Shown here piece by piece: positions 28,503-37,984 of a stretch of DNA of 64,000 nucleotides. The notes under the pieces were generated by a model. That model ran no database searches, was not told the origin of the DNA, and saw only the letters and a program-made list of their open reading frames with translations. The DNA is taken from positions 5,376,001 to 5,440,000 of the forward strand of contig OY761158.1 in NCBI GenBank assembly GCA_963664405.1, given 5' to 3'. How positions within the stretch are numbered: position 1 is the first letter of the stretch; the number at the start of each line of letters is the position of its first letter. A program made the translations under genes and the position numbers. This stretch comes from Thermoanaerobaculia bacterium (GTDB lineage: Bacteria; Acidobacteriota; Thermoanaerobaculia; Multivoradales; Multivoraceae).

Positions 28503-28801
28503 GCGGCCCTCCTGGCGCGATCCAGGCTCTCCAGGCGACCGAGGAAGTAGTCGAGCCCGCGTCGGTCCTCGAGCAGATGCGCGAGCTCTTCCCAATCCGA
28601 GACCGAGAGGAAGACCCCGATCGACGGTGTGAGCAGATGCATGAATTGGCTACCGACAAAAGACAGAGGGCGCAGGCCCTCGAGAGTGAGGATCGCGGGC
28701 ACGGTCAAACCGAAGCGCACCAAGAAACGAGCGACTTTGTCGACCGCCTCCGATTGAGCCCGGGTGACTTCGATCTCAGAAGGTGGCGAATCTGGTGGCA
28801 A
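28499..28801 (-). CDS. Small hypothetical protein (GlmL-like operon)
   Basis: DKVARFLVRFGLTVPAILTLEGLRPLSFVGSQ; ATGA overlap with the ATPase gene. Confidence 0.75.
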   Translation of the reverse strand: MPPDSPPSEIEVTRAQSEAVDKVARFLVRFGLTVPAILTLEGLRPLSFVGSQFMHLLTPSIGVFLSVSDWEELAHLLEDRRGLDYFLGRLESLDRARRAA

Positions 28802-28812
28802 AAGGGCCTCGG

Positions 28813-30072
28813 TCAGGGGCTCGATACGAGCTCAGGGCTCGGAACGAGCGCGATCGGCGCGGCCATGATGTTCCAGGTGAAGCGTCCGAGACCGTCGGTG
28901 TGTTTCAGCAGCACCTGGCGCTGCCACCCGCTTTCGTGCCAAGTGTAGCTCCTGACCTCTCCCTGATCGTCGCTGGCGACATAGAGCTCGTCGCGCCCGT
29001 CGCCGTCGAGATCGAGAAGGATCGAAGCGTGCTCGAAGCTCGAAGAGTTGGCGTCGATGAGCTCGGTCGACCAGTGTTCATCCCCGGGCCGGAGCAGCCA
29101 CAGGCCTCTCTTATGGGTCGCTGCCACGATCTCTTTGACGCCGTCGCCGTCGACGTCCCCTGCGGTCAGAAAGCGGCACAGCTTGTCGTCGATCTCGGCA
29201 ACAATGTTGGCGGCTTCTGGGTCAGTGTCTGCGTCGTAGCGGCGGATCTCGACCCTTCCACCGGAAATCGCTTCGACCGCGACGTAGAGCTCGTCGCGAC
29301 CGTCGCCATCGACGTCCTCGACCAAGATCTCCTTGGCGTGGCGCGAGCCGAGATCGGCCACCACGGTGCGGCCTTCCCCCAGTGCCGGCACATAGCGAAC
29401 CACTTTGCCGGGCTGCGGGGTGCCGTCCACTTTGTTCGGCGCTGTTGGTGTCGCATAGATCTCGAGCACGCCGTCTCCGTCGAGGTCGCCGAGCTCGATC
29501 TCGTGGACTACGGTATTCGGCTCGCGGTCGAGCTCTTCTACCGAAAAGCCTGTGGCGGAATCAGGGCGCAACACTGCCACCACGCCCTGGTCGTGAGTAG
29601 CGACAGCGATGGTGGCGGAGCCGTCGCCATAGATATCCCCCACCTCCGCGTCACGCATGCGGCTGAAACGACCGCCAAAGTCTTCTTGCCAGAGTGTCGT
29701 TTGCTCGCCCCCGGGCTCCCAGAGCTTGACGGCGGCGGCCGTGCCACCCAGGGTGAGAACTCCTTTCGGCCCGGATCCGGATTCGTAAGCCAGCACCTTG
29801 TGAAAGACGTTGCTCTCGGTGTCTTCGAGGGTGCGGTAGCTCCACTCGCCACCCTCCCGATGGAGGATGCCCAGCCGGGCCGGAAGGGGTTTCGGCGAGC
29901 CGTCTTCGTTCTTTCCGAGCACGGCCATGGCCAGGAGAAGAGCCTGCTGGTGGGAGTCTCGAAGGCCTTGTTGTCGCGCCGGCGCGGGGTCCTTGGCAGT
30001 GTCGCCGCAAGCCCACGAGAGGACGAGGGCCGCGACCAGGATGAGGTCCTCGAGTCGTGGCGAAGATCTCAC
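28813..30072 (-). CDS. FG-GAP/VCBS-repeat probable lipoprotein
   Basis: SWAC lipobox-like; five DxDGDG-type loops (GDIYGDG, GDLDGDG, DVDGDG, GDVDGDG, DLDGDG). Confidence 0.85.
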   Translation of the reverse strand: MRSSPRLEDLILVAALVLSWACGDTAKDPAPARQQGLRDSHQQALLLAMAVLGKNEDGSPKPLPARLGILHREGGEWSYRTLEDTESNVFHKVLAYESGSGPKGVLTLGGTAAAVKLWEPGGEQTTLWQEDFGGRFSRMRDAEVGDIYGDGSATIAVATHDQGVVAVLRPDSATGFSVEELDREPNTVVHEIELGDLDGDGVLEIYATPTAPNKVDGTPQPGKVVRYVPALGEGRTVVADLGSRHAKEILVEDVDGDGRDELYVAVEAISGGRVEIRRYDADTDPEAANIVAEIDDKLCRFLTAGDVDGDGVKEIVAATHKRGLWLLRPGDEHWSTELIDANSSSFEHASILLDLDGDGRDELYVASDDQGEVRSYTWHESGWQRQVLLKHTDGLGRFTWNIMAAPIALVPSPELVSSP

Positions 30073-30156
30073 GGAGTGAAGGGTACTACGACAGAGGTGC
30101 TGGGTGGGGTGGCCGGACGAGGGGGTGCTACGATCGAGAGCGAGGCGAGGCGCGGC

Positions 30157-31455
30157 TTGTTTGTCTGGAATAGCAAGACGATCTCTGGCGGTCTGCTCTG
30201 GATGGCTGTCGTCGCTGGCGCGCTGGTCGGCTGTGACCGCTCCGAGGAGATCAAGAAGGCACTGTGCTCCGACTTGGGAGGAGGTGCCCAGGACTGCCTC
30301 GCTGTGTCCCCGTCGTCGGCTGCGACCAGAGATCTCCAGCGGGCGTTACTCGAGGTCCCGAGTGGCGGAATCGTTGTCCTCGCTGAAGGGCTTTACGAAG
30401 TCTCGGAAACACTGAGCCTGGCGGTAGACGGTGTCACCGTTCGAGGCGCCGGGATCGGCAAAACGGTCCTCGACTTCAGCGGGCAAAAATCAGGCGGTGG
30501 AGGAGCCGGAGTGGTCGCAAAGGCAGTCCGCGGCTTCACTATGGAGGATGTGACGATCCTCAATACACTCGGTGATGGCGTGCGGGCTGAAAAGAGCTCG
30601 AACATCGTGTTGCGAAGGATCGAGGTCGATTGGCCGGGTGAGTTGAAGACCGACAATGGCCTCTATGGTGTGTATCCCATCGACTCCCAGCACATTCTGG
30701 TCGAGGAGTGCCGCCTGCGCGGCGCGACCGATGCGGGCGTCTACGTCGGCGAGTCCAATTTTGCCGTCATTCGTAACAACCACGTCTACCAGAACGTGGT
30801 CGGCATTCAGGTGGAGAACACCTACGACGCCGACGTCTACGGCAACAAGGTCGATCGGAATTCGTCTGGGATCGCCGTTTTCAACGTGCCGGGCAAGCTG
30901 AGGAACAAAGGCGGGACGCGAGTTCGCGTTTTCGATAATGAGATCTCCGACAACAACACCGAGAACTTCGGCGCGAACTACTATCCCGCCGGAGGCGGAA
31001 TCTGGATCATCGCGGCCCAGGACGTCGAGGTGTTCGACAACACGATCGAGGAGCATCGCACCCTCGACCTCGGCATCTTCAGCTACGACTCGCTGAACAT
31101 CCGACATGGCGACCCCGACTATCTTCCGCACAGCCTTTCGGTACACATCCACGGAAACCGCTTCAACCCTCCGAGTCCCGATCCTGATCTGACTCGAGTC
31201 CTCGGACGACTCCTGTTCTCCGAGTTTCGCAGCTCGATCCCCAACGTCGTCTTCGACGGAGTGGGCGAGCTCCCTGCCCCGGATGCGCCGACCCACAATC
31301 CGTACCGGATCTGTATCCAGGAGTCGGAGCAGACATCGATCGCAACCCTCTCCGACCCACCGGGGCTAGACGGCGAGCTTTCCTACGATTGTGAAGAGCC
31401 GAGGCTTCCTTCGGTCGAGCTCTCGCCTGAACTTTCCGCCCAGCTGTCGGGATGA
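30157..31455 (+). CDS. Parallel beta-helix repeat lipoprotein
   Basis: LVGC lipobox; NGLYGVYP, GATDAGVYVGES, NVVGIQVEN; start approximate. Confidence 0.88.
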   Translation: MFVWNSKTISGGLLWMAVVAGALVGCDRSEEIKKALCSDLGGGAQDCLAVSPSSAATRDLQRALLEVPSGGIVVLAEGLYEVSETLSLAVDGVTVRGAGIGKTVLDFSGQKSGGGGAGVVAKAVRGFTMEDVTILNTLGDGVRAEKSSNIVLRRIEVDWPGELKTDNGLYGVYPIDSQHILVEECRLRGATDAGVYVGESNFAVIRNNHVYQNVVGIQVENTYDADVYGNKVDRNSSGIAVFNVPGKLRNKGGTRVRVFDNEISDNNTENFGANYYPAGGGIWIIAAQDVEVFDNTIEEHRTLDLGIFSYDSLNIRHGDPDYLPHSLSVHIHGNRFNPPSPDPDLTRVLGRLLFSEFRSSIPNVVFDGVGELPAPDAPTHNPYRICIQESEQTSIATLSDPPGLDGELSYDCEEPRLPSVELSPELSAQLSG

Positions 31456-32624
31456 TGGCTGGCACGCTCTTCCCGCCCCTTCGTTGCGCGTCGGCACTCG
31501 TGTTGATCCTGAGCGTCGCTTGCACCGGGAGTGGTGATCCGGGCTGTCGAGGGCTGGTGCCGGGAACCTTTGTCGCGGCCGAGGGCGAAGCCTGCAAGAG
31601 CCTCAGTAGCTACGGCCTGTTCCAGGTCGCCGACGGTCGGATCGTGCCAAGCCCCGGGGTGGTGGAGTACCAAGTTCACAACGCCCTTTTCAGTGACTAC
31701 ACTGTCAAGAATCGGCTGATCGCTCTCCCCGAGGGGGGCCAGATCCGCTACGGCGAGGACGGTGTCTTCGAGTTTCCACCGAGCTCGGTGATCGCCAAGA
31801 CTTTCTCGATGCCGGCGAATTTGAAGTCGCCGAGTGCGGATCTGCACATGCTCGAAACTCGGCTGCTGATCCGCCGAGAGGAAGGCTGGGAGACCCAGTC
31901 TTACACCTGGAAAGCGGATCAGAGCGACGCGATCCACGAGCCCCTCGGTGGACGGAAGGATCTGGAATGGATTGACCTAGAAAACCGGACCCGGCGTACG
32001 AGCTATCTGATCCCGAATGTCAATCAATGCGCCGAGTGCCACGGCAGGGTCGAGCCGATGACCTCTAAGAGCGTCCTCGAGCCCATAGGCGCGCAGGCCA
32101 AGCATCTCCACGCCGAGCCGGATCCCGAAGATGGTTTTGAAAGTGAGGTCGCACGCCTAGCGAGCCTCGGCCTTCTGGTCGGCGTGCCGGACGATCTCGC
32201 GACGGTTCCTGCCCTTCCATCCTGGCAGGATCCGACGGCGGGTCTGAACGAGCGTGCTCGGGCCTATCTCGACATCAACTGCGCTCACTGCCATCTAGCC
32301 GACGGGTCGGCCAGCTCGTCTGGCCTGCTGCTTGCCTTCGAGGAGCAGCAGCCTTGGCGCTACGGAGTCTGCAAACCGCCGATCCGCGGTGCCGAAGCCA
32401 GCCCGGTGACGATTCTTCCGGGGGAGCCGGAGAGCTCGGATCTCTTCGTCCGGGTGAGGACGACGAGCGACAAAGACCTGATGCCGAGAATCGCACGGAC
32501 TGTGGTCCACGAAAAAGGGGCCGAGCTCCTCTCAGAATGGATTCAGTGGCTTGGCACCGACGAGGCGGTGACCGAGCTCGGGATTGGCGATCCAAGTTGT
32601 GGCATCGCCGGGCTGGGTGGTTAG
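31452..32624 (+). CDS. SO2930-like diheme c-type cytochrome lipoprotein
   Basis: LFSDY, IAKTF, LETRLL, CAECH, ARAYLDINCAHCH, MP axial Met; SVAC lipobox. Confidence 0.85.
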   Translation: MMAGTLFPPLRCASALVLILSVACTGSGDPGCRGLVPGTFVAAEGEACKSLSSYGLFQVADGRIVPSPGVVEYQVHNALFSDYTVKNRLIALPEGGQIRYGEDGVFEFPPSSVIAKTFSMPANLKSPSADLHMLETRLLIRREEGWETQSYTWKADQSDAIHEPLGGRKDLEWIDLENRTRRTSYLIPNVNQCAECHGRVEPMTSKSVLEPIGAQAKHLHAEPDPEDGFESEVARLASLGLLVGVPDDLATVPALPSWQDPTAGLNERARAYLDINCAHCHLADGSASSSGLLLAFEEQQPWRYGVCKPPIRGAEASPVTILPGEPESSDLFVRVRTTSDKDLMPRIARTVVHEKGAELLSEWIQWLGTDEAVTELGIGDPSCGIAGLGG

Positions 32625-32636
32625 GAGGAGTGCTCA

Positions 32637-33530
32637 ATGAATTCGAGCCCTTGGAGCGGCCCTGAAGCCGTCAGACAACTACTCGAGCTCCTCGAAATGG
32701 AGCGCATCGAGGTCAACCTCTTCCGCGCGCAAAACGGCCCTGGACGGCACGTTTTCGGTGGGCAGGTGCTTGGACAGGCCATCGTTGCGGCCTCGCGTAC
32801 GGTGAAGGACCGGGCGCTCCATTCCATTCACGGTTACTTTCTTCGTCCCGGCGACAGTGAGATTCCGATTCTCTTCGATGTCGATCGCATTCGCGATGGG
32901 CGAAGCTTCACCACTCGACGCGTGGTGGGGATCCAGCACGGAGAGGCGATCTTCAACATGTCGTCGTCGTTTCAGAAGATCGAGGAAGGGCTCGAGCACA
33001 CAACCGACATGCCCGACGTCCCCGGGCCCGACGGGCTGAGGCCGGACGCCGAGTATTACCGGGAGTGGGTGAAGAAAGAGCCCAAGGCCCGGAGGTTTTC
33101 ATGGCGCTATGAGGCGATCGACAGCCGCCAGATCGAGGGTGTTCAGAAGAGGCCCCGCCAGGCGGAAGAGGCGAAGGAGCCGCGAAGGCACACCTGGATG
33201 AAAACCACGGCCGCGCTGCCCGACGATCCGGTGGTGCATCGAGCCTTCCTCGCTTACATGTCTGATATGGATTTCCTCTCGACCTCGATGATGCCGCATG
33301 GTCCGGCCCTTTCCTCGATGCGCCTGCAGGCCGCCAGTCTCGATCACGCGATCTGGTTCCATCGCGAGTTTCGAGTCGACGACTGGCTGCTCTTCGCGAA
33401 GGAGAGCCCGAGGGCTGCAGGCGCGAGGGGTTTTGTGCGCGGCTGCTTCTTCACCCCCGAAGGGGAGCTTGTCGCATCGGCTGCCCAGGAGTGTCTGATG
33501 CGGCCGCGAGAGCTTAGCGAGATCTCGTAG
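32637..33530 (+). CDS. tesB: Acyl-CoA thioesterase II
   Basis: VFGGQVLGQ, HSIHGYFLRPG, RDGRSFTTRRV, SLDHAIWFHR. Confidence 0.94.
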   Translation: MNSSPWSGPEAVRQLLELLEMERIEVNLFRAQNGPGRHVFGGQVLGQAIVAASRTVKDRALHSIHGYFLRPGDSEIPILFDVDRIRDGRSFTTRRVVGIQHGEAIFNMSSSFQKIEEGLEHTTDMPDVPGPDGLRPDAEYYREWVKKEPKARRFSWRYEAIDSRQIEGVQKRPRQAEEAKEPRRHTWMKTTAALPDDPVVHRAFLAYMSDMDFLSTSMMPHGPALSSMRLQAASLDHAIWFHREFRVDDWLLFAKESPRAAGARGFVRGCFFTPEGELVASAAQECLMRPRELSEIS

Positions 33531-33587
33531 CCCCGCCGGCAGGTTCGCTCCGAGAAAGCTCGACCTCATGAATGCTATCGGAGATAC

Positions 33588-35036
33588 CTAGAGATAAGGG
33601 GCGAAGAGTCGGGCGACGCCGTCGCGGAGTCGAAACACCAAGGGGCGCCCGGCTAGCTCGTCGGTCGAAAGTCTTCGGCTTGCCGCGATCTCGCGGTCGA
33701 CATGTCGATCCAGAGACTCCGCCAGATCGCGGTCGTAGCACTCGATATTGAGCTCGAAGTTGAGGCGTAGAGATCGCGGATCCCAGTTCGCGCTGCCGAC
33801 GAAAGACCACTCGCTGTCGACGATCATCAGCTTGCTATGGTCGAAAGGGGGAGGCGAGAGCCAGACCCTGCATCCGCCCGCGAGTACCTGCCAGAGCTGT
33901 GCCGTCGATGCCCACTGGACGAAGCGAAGGTTTCCCTTCTCGGGGACAACGATGTCGATCTCGACACCACGGAGTGCGGCGACGCGCAGAGCCGCGATCA
34001 GGACTTGATTGGGAAGAAAGTAGGGAGTAACGATGCGAGCTCTCTTACGGGCGACGGCGAGAGCCCCGAGGAGGGTGGTCGAAAAAGCCTCGAAGTCCTC
34101 GTCGGGTCCGTCGGAGACTACCCGCGCTTCGACCTCGCCGATCTTCTCGGCCCCCAACGCCCATGCCGGGCCCGAGAGCTCTTCGCCGGTCGTGAAGCTC
34201 CAATCGAGAGCCGCGGCGGCGAAGAGTTGGTGAACCACTGGGCCGTCGAAACGAAAGTGGATGTCGCGGACGGGGTGTCGAGGCGCGAGATCGAGACAGC
34301 ACCCTTCGCGAATGTTGAGCCCACCGGTGAATCCGGTGCGACCGTCGACGACGAGGATTTTGCGGTGGTTGCGTAGGTTGAAGTACGGACCGGGAATAGG
34401 GGAGCGTGGGCGCAGAAACTCGGCGGCTCGGAGGCCTCGCTTCCGCAACAGCCCGGTCATTCGAGGCCGGCTGTAACGCGCTCCGACACCATCGATCAGA
34501 ATCCGGACTTCGACGCCGCGCTCGGCCGCCTCGCCCAGGGCTTGCAGAAAGAGCTCGCCTGCTTTGTCGGCATCGAAGATGTAGGTGCACAGAATCACCG
34601 AGCGTCGAGCCTCGCCGATGGCAGCGAGCATCGCTGGATAAGCCTCGTCGCCATTGACCAGAGGAGTGACTCTGTTGCCACTCTCCAGAGGGGTGTTGGT
34701 GGCCCGCGAGACAAGCTCCGCGAGCGGTGTGAGGTTTCGCTCGTCGATGTCCGTGCCTTGTTCGTAGACCCGTGCCGCCTGGGCAGCCTCTACGGCGGGG
34801 CGCACCAGTCGCTCCGCGCGCCTACGGATACGGTTGATGCCGAAAATCCAATAGAGAATCGAGCCAAGCAGGGGAGTCAGCCAGATCAGACCCACCCAGC
34901 CGATGGCGGCACGAACGTCGCGCTTGTAGAGCACGACGTGACTCGAGGCGACAACGGCTGCCACGATGCCCAGGGCAGTGGCGGTGGCTAGCAGGTAGGG
35001 CCAGAACAGGCGCAGAGTGTCGACGAGCGTCTGCAA
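33588..35036 (-). CDS. cls: Cardiolipin synthase (PLD family)
   Basis: N-terminal TM/PLDc_N and two HKD motifs (NHRKILVVDG, HSKLMIVD); start approximate. Confidence 0.9.
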   Translation of the reverse strand: MQTLVDTLRLFWPYLLATATALGIVAAVVASSHVVLYKRDVRAAIGWVGLIWLTPLLGSILYWIFGINRIRRRAERLVRPAVEAAQAARVYEQGTDIDERNLTPLAELVSRATNTPLESGNRVTPLVNGDEAYPAMLAAIGEARRSVILCTYIFDADKAGELFLQALGEAAERGVEVRILIDGVGARYSRPRMTGLLRKRGLRAAEFLRPRSPIPGPYFNLRNHRKILVVDGRTGFTGGLNIREGCCLDLAPRHPVRDIHFRFDGPVVHQLFAAAALDWSFTTGEELSGPAWALGAEKIGEVEARVVSDGPDEDFEAFSTTLLGALAVARKRARIVTPYFLPNQVLIAALRVAALRGVEIDIVVPEKGNLRFVQWASTAQLWQVLAGGCRVWLSPPPFDHSKLMIVDSEWSFVGSANWDPRSLRLNFELNIECYDRDLAESLDRHVDREIAASRRLSTDELAGRPLVFRLRDGVARLFAPYL

Positions 35037-35047
35037 GAGAGCGCTGC

Positions 35048-35416
35048 TCAGATCTCGATCTCGATCCAGGCGCGCTTGCGAATGCGGCCGGCCAGGGTCG
35101 AAAGCACATCCGCAGTCCACATCAGGATGTGGTACTTGCGCCGAATCGCGCGATGCGCCTCCTTGATCGCCTCGGTGTCGGAAAGGATCTTCGCGGTCGC
35201 ATCGATCCATACCCCGTGTACAACACCGCGTCCGTTACAGGCGGCGACTCTCGCCTTGGAGGAGTTGCGCAGGCGCTTCATCTTGCCGGAGTCGGCAAGG
35301 GTGAAGACGTAGTACTTGTCACCCTTCTCGACGAACCAGACCGGTGTGGCCACAACCTTGCCGGTCTTGCGAAAGGTGGCCAGGCTCAGATACTTCTCGC
35401 CCCGGAGCGGGTCCAT
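35048..35416 (-). CDS. PPOX-class (F420-dependent-type) oxidoreductase
   Basis: KYLSLATFRKTG..ATPVW, SGKMKRLRN, CNGRG. Confidence 0.85.
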   Translation of the reverse strand: MDPLRGEKYLSLATFRKTGKVVATPVWFVEKGDKYYVFTLADSGKMKRLRNSSKARVAACNGRGVVHGVWIDATAKILSDTEAIKEAHRAIRRKYHILMWTADVLSTLAGRIRKRAWIEIEI

Positions 35417-35484
35417 GGCTCAATTCTAACTCTGTCGCCCGCCTCCCCTTCCGGTACCATCTCGGCGGAGGTCGGCGATCGAGT

Positions 35485-36384
35485 ATGGAGGAGTTTCAAC
35501 GGGTCGTGGGTCTGGATGTCGGCGGCACCAACATCAAGGCGATTGTGGTGGACAGTTCCGGCGCCGAGCTCGACCGTTCGACAGTCGCGACACCTCGACA
35601 GAGAAGCGCCCTGCTGAATAGTGTGCGAGAGCTTCTCAGTGAGCTTGCCGGGGCCCCTTCAACGCCCCTTGTAGGTCTTTCGTGCCCGGGCCTGGCGGCG
35701 CCTGACAGCCGTTCGATTGCGTGGATGCAGGGCCGCATGGAGATCCTGCAGGGGCTCGACTGGACTGAGGCCTTGGGCCGGGAGCGGGCTGTCTGGGTGC
35801 TCAACGACGCTCACGCTGCGACCTTGGGAGAGGCGTGGCTGGGGGCGGCAAAGAATCGTCAGAACGTCGTTCTTCTCACTCTGGGCACCGGCATCGGTGG
35901 CGGAGTGATCGTAGACGGACGACTGCTGCAAGGACAGATCGGCCGCGCCGGACATCTGGGTCATCTCTGCCTCGACGTCGACGGCCTACCCGATATCTGC
36001 CGCACTCCCGGTAGCTTGGAGGACGCGGTCGGGGAGTGCACCCTCGAGGCTCGAGCCCGGGGTCGATTCCGGGACACTCAGGCGCTGGTGGAAGCGGTGC
36101 GCGAGGGAGACGAAGAGGCCAACGAGGTTTGGCGCCGGGTCGTTCGCGCCCTCGCGTGCGGCCTGGCCTCTCTGATCAACGTGGTCGACCCCGAGGTCGT
36201 CGTTCTTGGTGGCGGCATAGCCCAGGCTGGGGGCACTCTCTTCGAGCCGCTGGGGCAGCAGATGGACGAGGTGGAGTGGAGGCCGCTGGGCGCAGGGGTG
36301 CCGATCGTGCCCGCCGCTCTCGGTGACTTCGCCGGCGCTTTCGGGGCGGCGCGGTATGCCATGGACCGCGAAGTCCCCATCTGA
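35485..36384 (+). CDS. ROK family sugar kinase
   Basis: DVGGT, NDAHAATLGE, TLGTGIGGG, GHLGH, VLGGG. Confidence 0.92.
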   Translation: MEEFQRVVGLDVGGTNIKAIVVDSSGAELDRSTVATPRQRSALLNSVRELLSELAGAPSTPLVGLSCPGLAAPDSRSIAWMQGRMEILQGLDWTEALGRERAVWVLNDAHAATLGEAWLGAAKNRQNVVLLTLGTGIGGGVIVDGRLLQGQIGRAGHLGHLCLDVDGLPDICRTPGSLEDAVGECTLEARARGRFRDTQALVEAVREGDEEANEVWRRVVRALACGLASLINVVDPEVVVLGGGIAQAGGTLFEPLGQQMDEVEWRPLGAGVPIVPAALGDFAGAFGAARYAMDREVPI

Positions 36385-36419
36385 ACTGGAGGAGACGGCG
36401 GCGATCGTGGTTGGCCGAG

Positions 36420-36950
36420 CTACCCTGTCCGGTCCAAGGGCTGAAGCTCGATATCCACCATCAAGTCTGCGCCGATGGCTTCGAGGCCGGACTGGACTTC
36501 GGCAGGGGAGCCTCCATTGGGTAGGCGCAGCAGCGCGCGGGCGCGGAAGAGGATCTCTCCGGTCATCGGCGCGCTCTCACGCCCGCTCTCGAGCTCTTCG
36601 ACGTTGACTCCATGGCCGGCGAGGGCCTTCGAGATCTCACGCACGATACCCGGCCTGTCCTGGCCGACGAGCTCCAGGGTGAAGAGCTCTCCCTCGGTGG
36701 AGTCTTTCGGAGCGGCCTCTTTGACGACCAGGTCGAGGCCCTGTTCTCCAAGAGAAGCGAGGGCGGACTCGAGGTCGCCGGCACGTGACTCATCGACTTC
36801 GACATGCAGCAGACCGGCAAACTCACCGGCCAGGCTGGCCATGCGGCTCTCCAGCCAGTTGCCTTCGTGCTCGGCCACAACGGCTGCGATGGCTTCGACG
36901 AGGCCGGGGCGATCGGGACCCAATAGGGTGAGGACCAGGGATTTGCGCAT
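36420..36950 (-). CDS. GcvR-like double ACT domain protein
   Basis: GPDRPGLV, GNWLESRM, GQDRPGIV. Confidence 0.88.
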   Translation of the reverse strand: MRKSLVLTLLGPDRPGLVEAIAAVVAEHEGNWLESRMASLAGEFAGLLHVEVDESRAGDLESALASLGEQGLDLVVKEAAPKDSTEGELFTLELVGQDRPGIVREISKALAGHGVNVEELESGRESAPMTGEILFRARALLRLPNGGSPAEVQSGLEAIGADLMVDIELQPLDRTG

Positions 36951-37039
36951 CGGAGAGAGGCATTCTAACCGCCAGCGCCCTGACGGGTTGTTTGCATATA
37001 CAATCCTCGGCCTAACTTCGTTAAAGGAGAAGGCGCCTC

Positions 37040-37531
37040 ATGGCAGCAGACCGATTCCCTGTAGAAGCGAGCCACATCATGATGTTTGCGCGTGCCGTCA
37101 ACGACGCGAACCCGATTTACCACGACGAGGAATACGCGCAGACGACCGAGGTCGGGAAGGTCATTGCACCTCCGACCTTCGCCCAGTCCTCGGCCCAGTT
37201 CGACCCCGAGTACTTCTTGCGGCCCAAGGTCGACGAGCCCTGGTTCGGCTCAGGTAGAGAGGCCACGGGGCGAGCGCCTGGAGAAGGGGGCGGCGGAGGG
37301 CCGGCCGGCCTTCACGCCGAGCAAGAGTTCACCTACCACCGCCACTTGAGCCCCGGCGATGTGCTCACGGCCGAAATGAAGCCGGGCAAAGAGTGGGAAA
37401 AACAGGGCCGCCGAGGCGGTTCGTTGAAGTTTCGTGAAGGCATCACTGAGTACCGGGATCAGAACGGCGAGCTCGTCATCACCGCCCGCTCCGTGGGTGT
37501 GCAGCCGTCGAAAGTTGTCGAGCAGGATTGA
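37040..37531 (+). CDS. MaoC/FAS1-like dehydratase N-terminal hotdog protein
   Basis: VEASHIMMFARAV, APPTF, LHAEQEF. Confidence 0.87.
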   Translation: MAADRFPVEASHIMMFARAVNDANPIYHDEEYAQTTEVGKVIAPPTFAQSSAQFDPEYFLRPKVDEPWFGSGREATGRAPGEGGGGGPAGLHAEQEFTYHRHLSPGDVLTAEMKPGKEWEKQGRRGGSLKFREGITEYRDQNGELVITARSVGVQPSKVVEQD

Positions 37532-37545
37532 GGAGGGACAGGAAT

Positions 37546-37968
37546 ATGGCACTCAAAGCAAGTGACCTGAGCGTTGGTGACGAGCATCAAGAAGTCGTTG
37601 TCGACAACCTCAGCCGGACCCAGATCGTGATGTACGCAGGCGCTTCCGGCGACTACAACCCGCTGCACACTGACGAAGTCTTCACCACCGAGGTCGCGAA
37701 GTATCCCTCGGTGTTCGCTCACGGAATGTTGTCGATGGGCCTGACTGGCCGCATGCTCACCAATTGGGTGGGAGATGGGCGCCTGGCCAAGTACGGCGTC
37801 CGTTTCGTGGCGCAGGTATGGCCCGGAGATACTCTCACCGCCAAGGCGACCGTAGAGGCGCTGCGGGAGGAGAATGGGGAGCAGTTCGTTGATCTCACCC
37901 TTTCGACGGTCAATCAGGAAGGTCGCGAAGTGGTGAAAGGCCAGGCCATCGCCAGAGTCGACCCCTGA
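37546..37968 (+). CDS. MaoC family dehydratase
   Basis: Hydratase 2 motif YAGASGDYNPLH, AHGM, VWPGD. Confidence 0.92.
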   Translation: MALKASDLSVGDEHQEVVVDNLSRTQIVMYAGASGDYNPLHTDEVFTTEVAKYPSVFAHGMLSMGLTGRMLTNWVGDGRLAKYGVRFVAQVWPGDTLTAKATVEALREENGEQFVDLTLSTVNQEGREVVKGQAIARVDP

Positions 37969-37984
37969 TTGGCGATCTCAGCAG

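Noticed and set aside
28783-30156. N-terminal half of the 890-aa + strand ORF
   Set aside because: Antisense shadow of the FG-GAP gene; the real beta-helix protein begins at a signal peptide/lipobox near 30157-30230.
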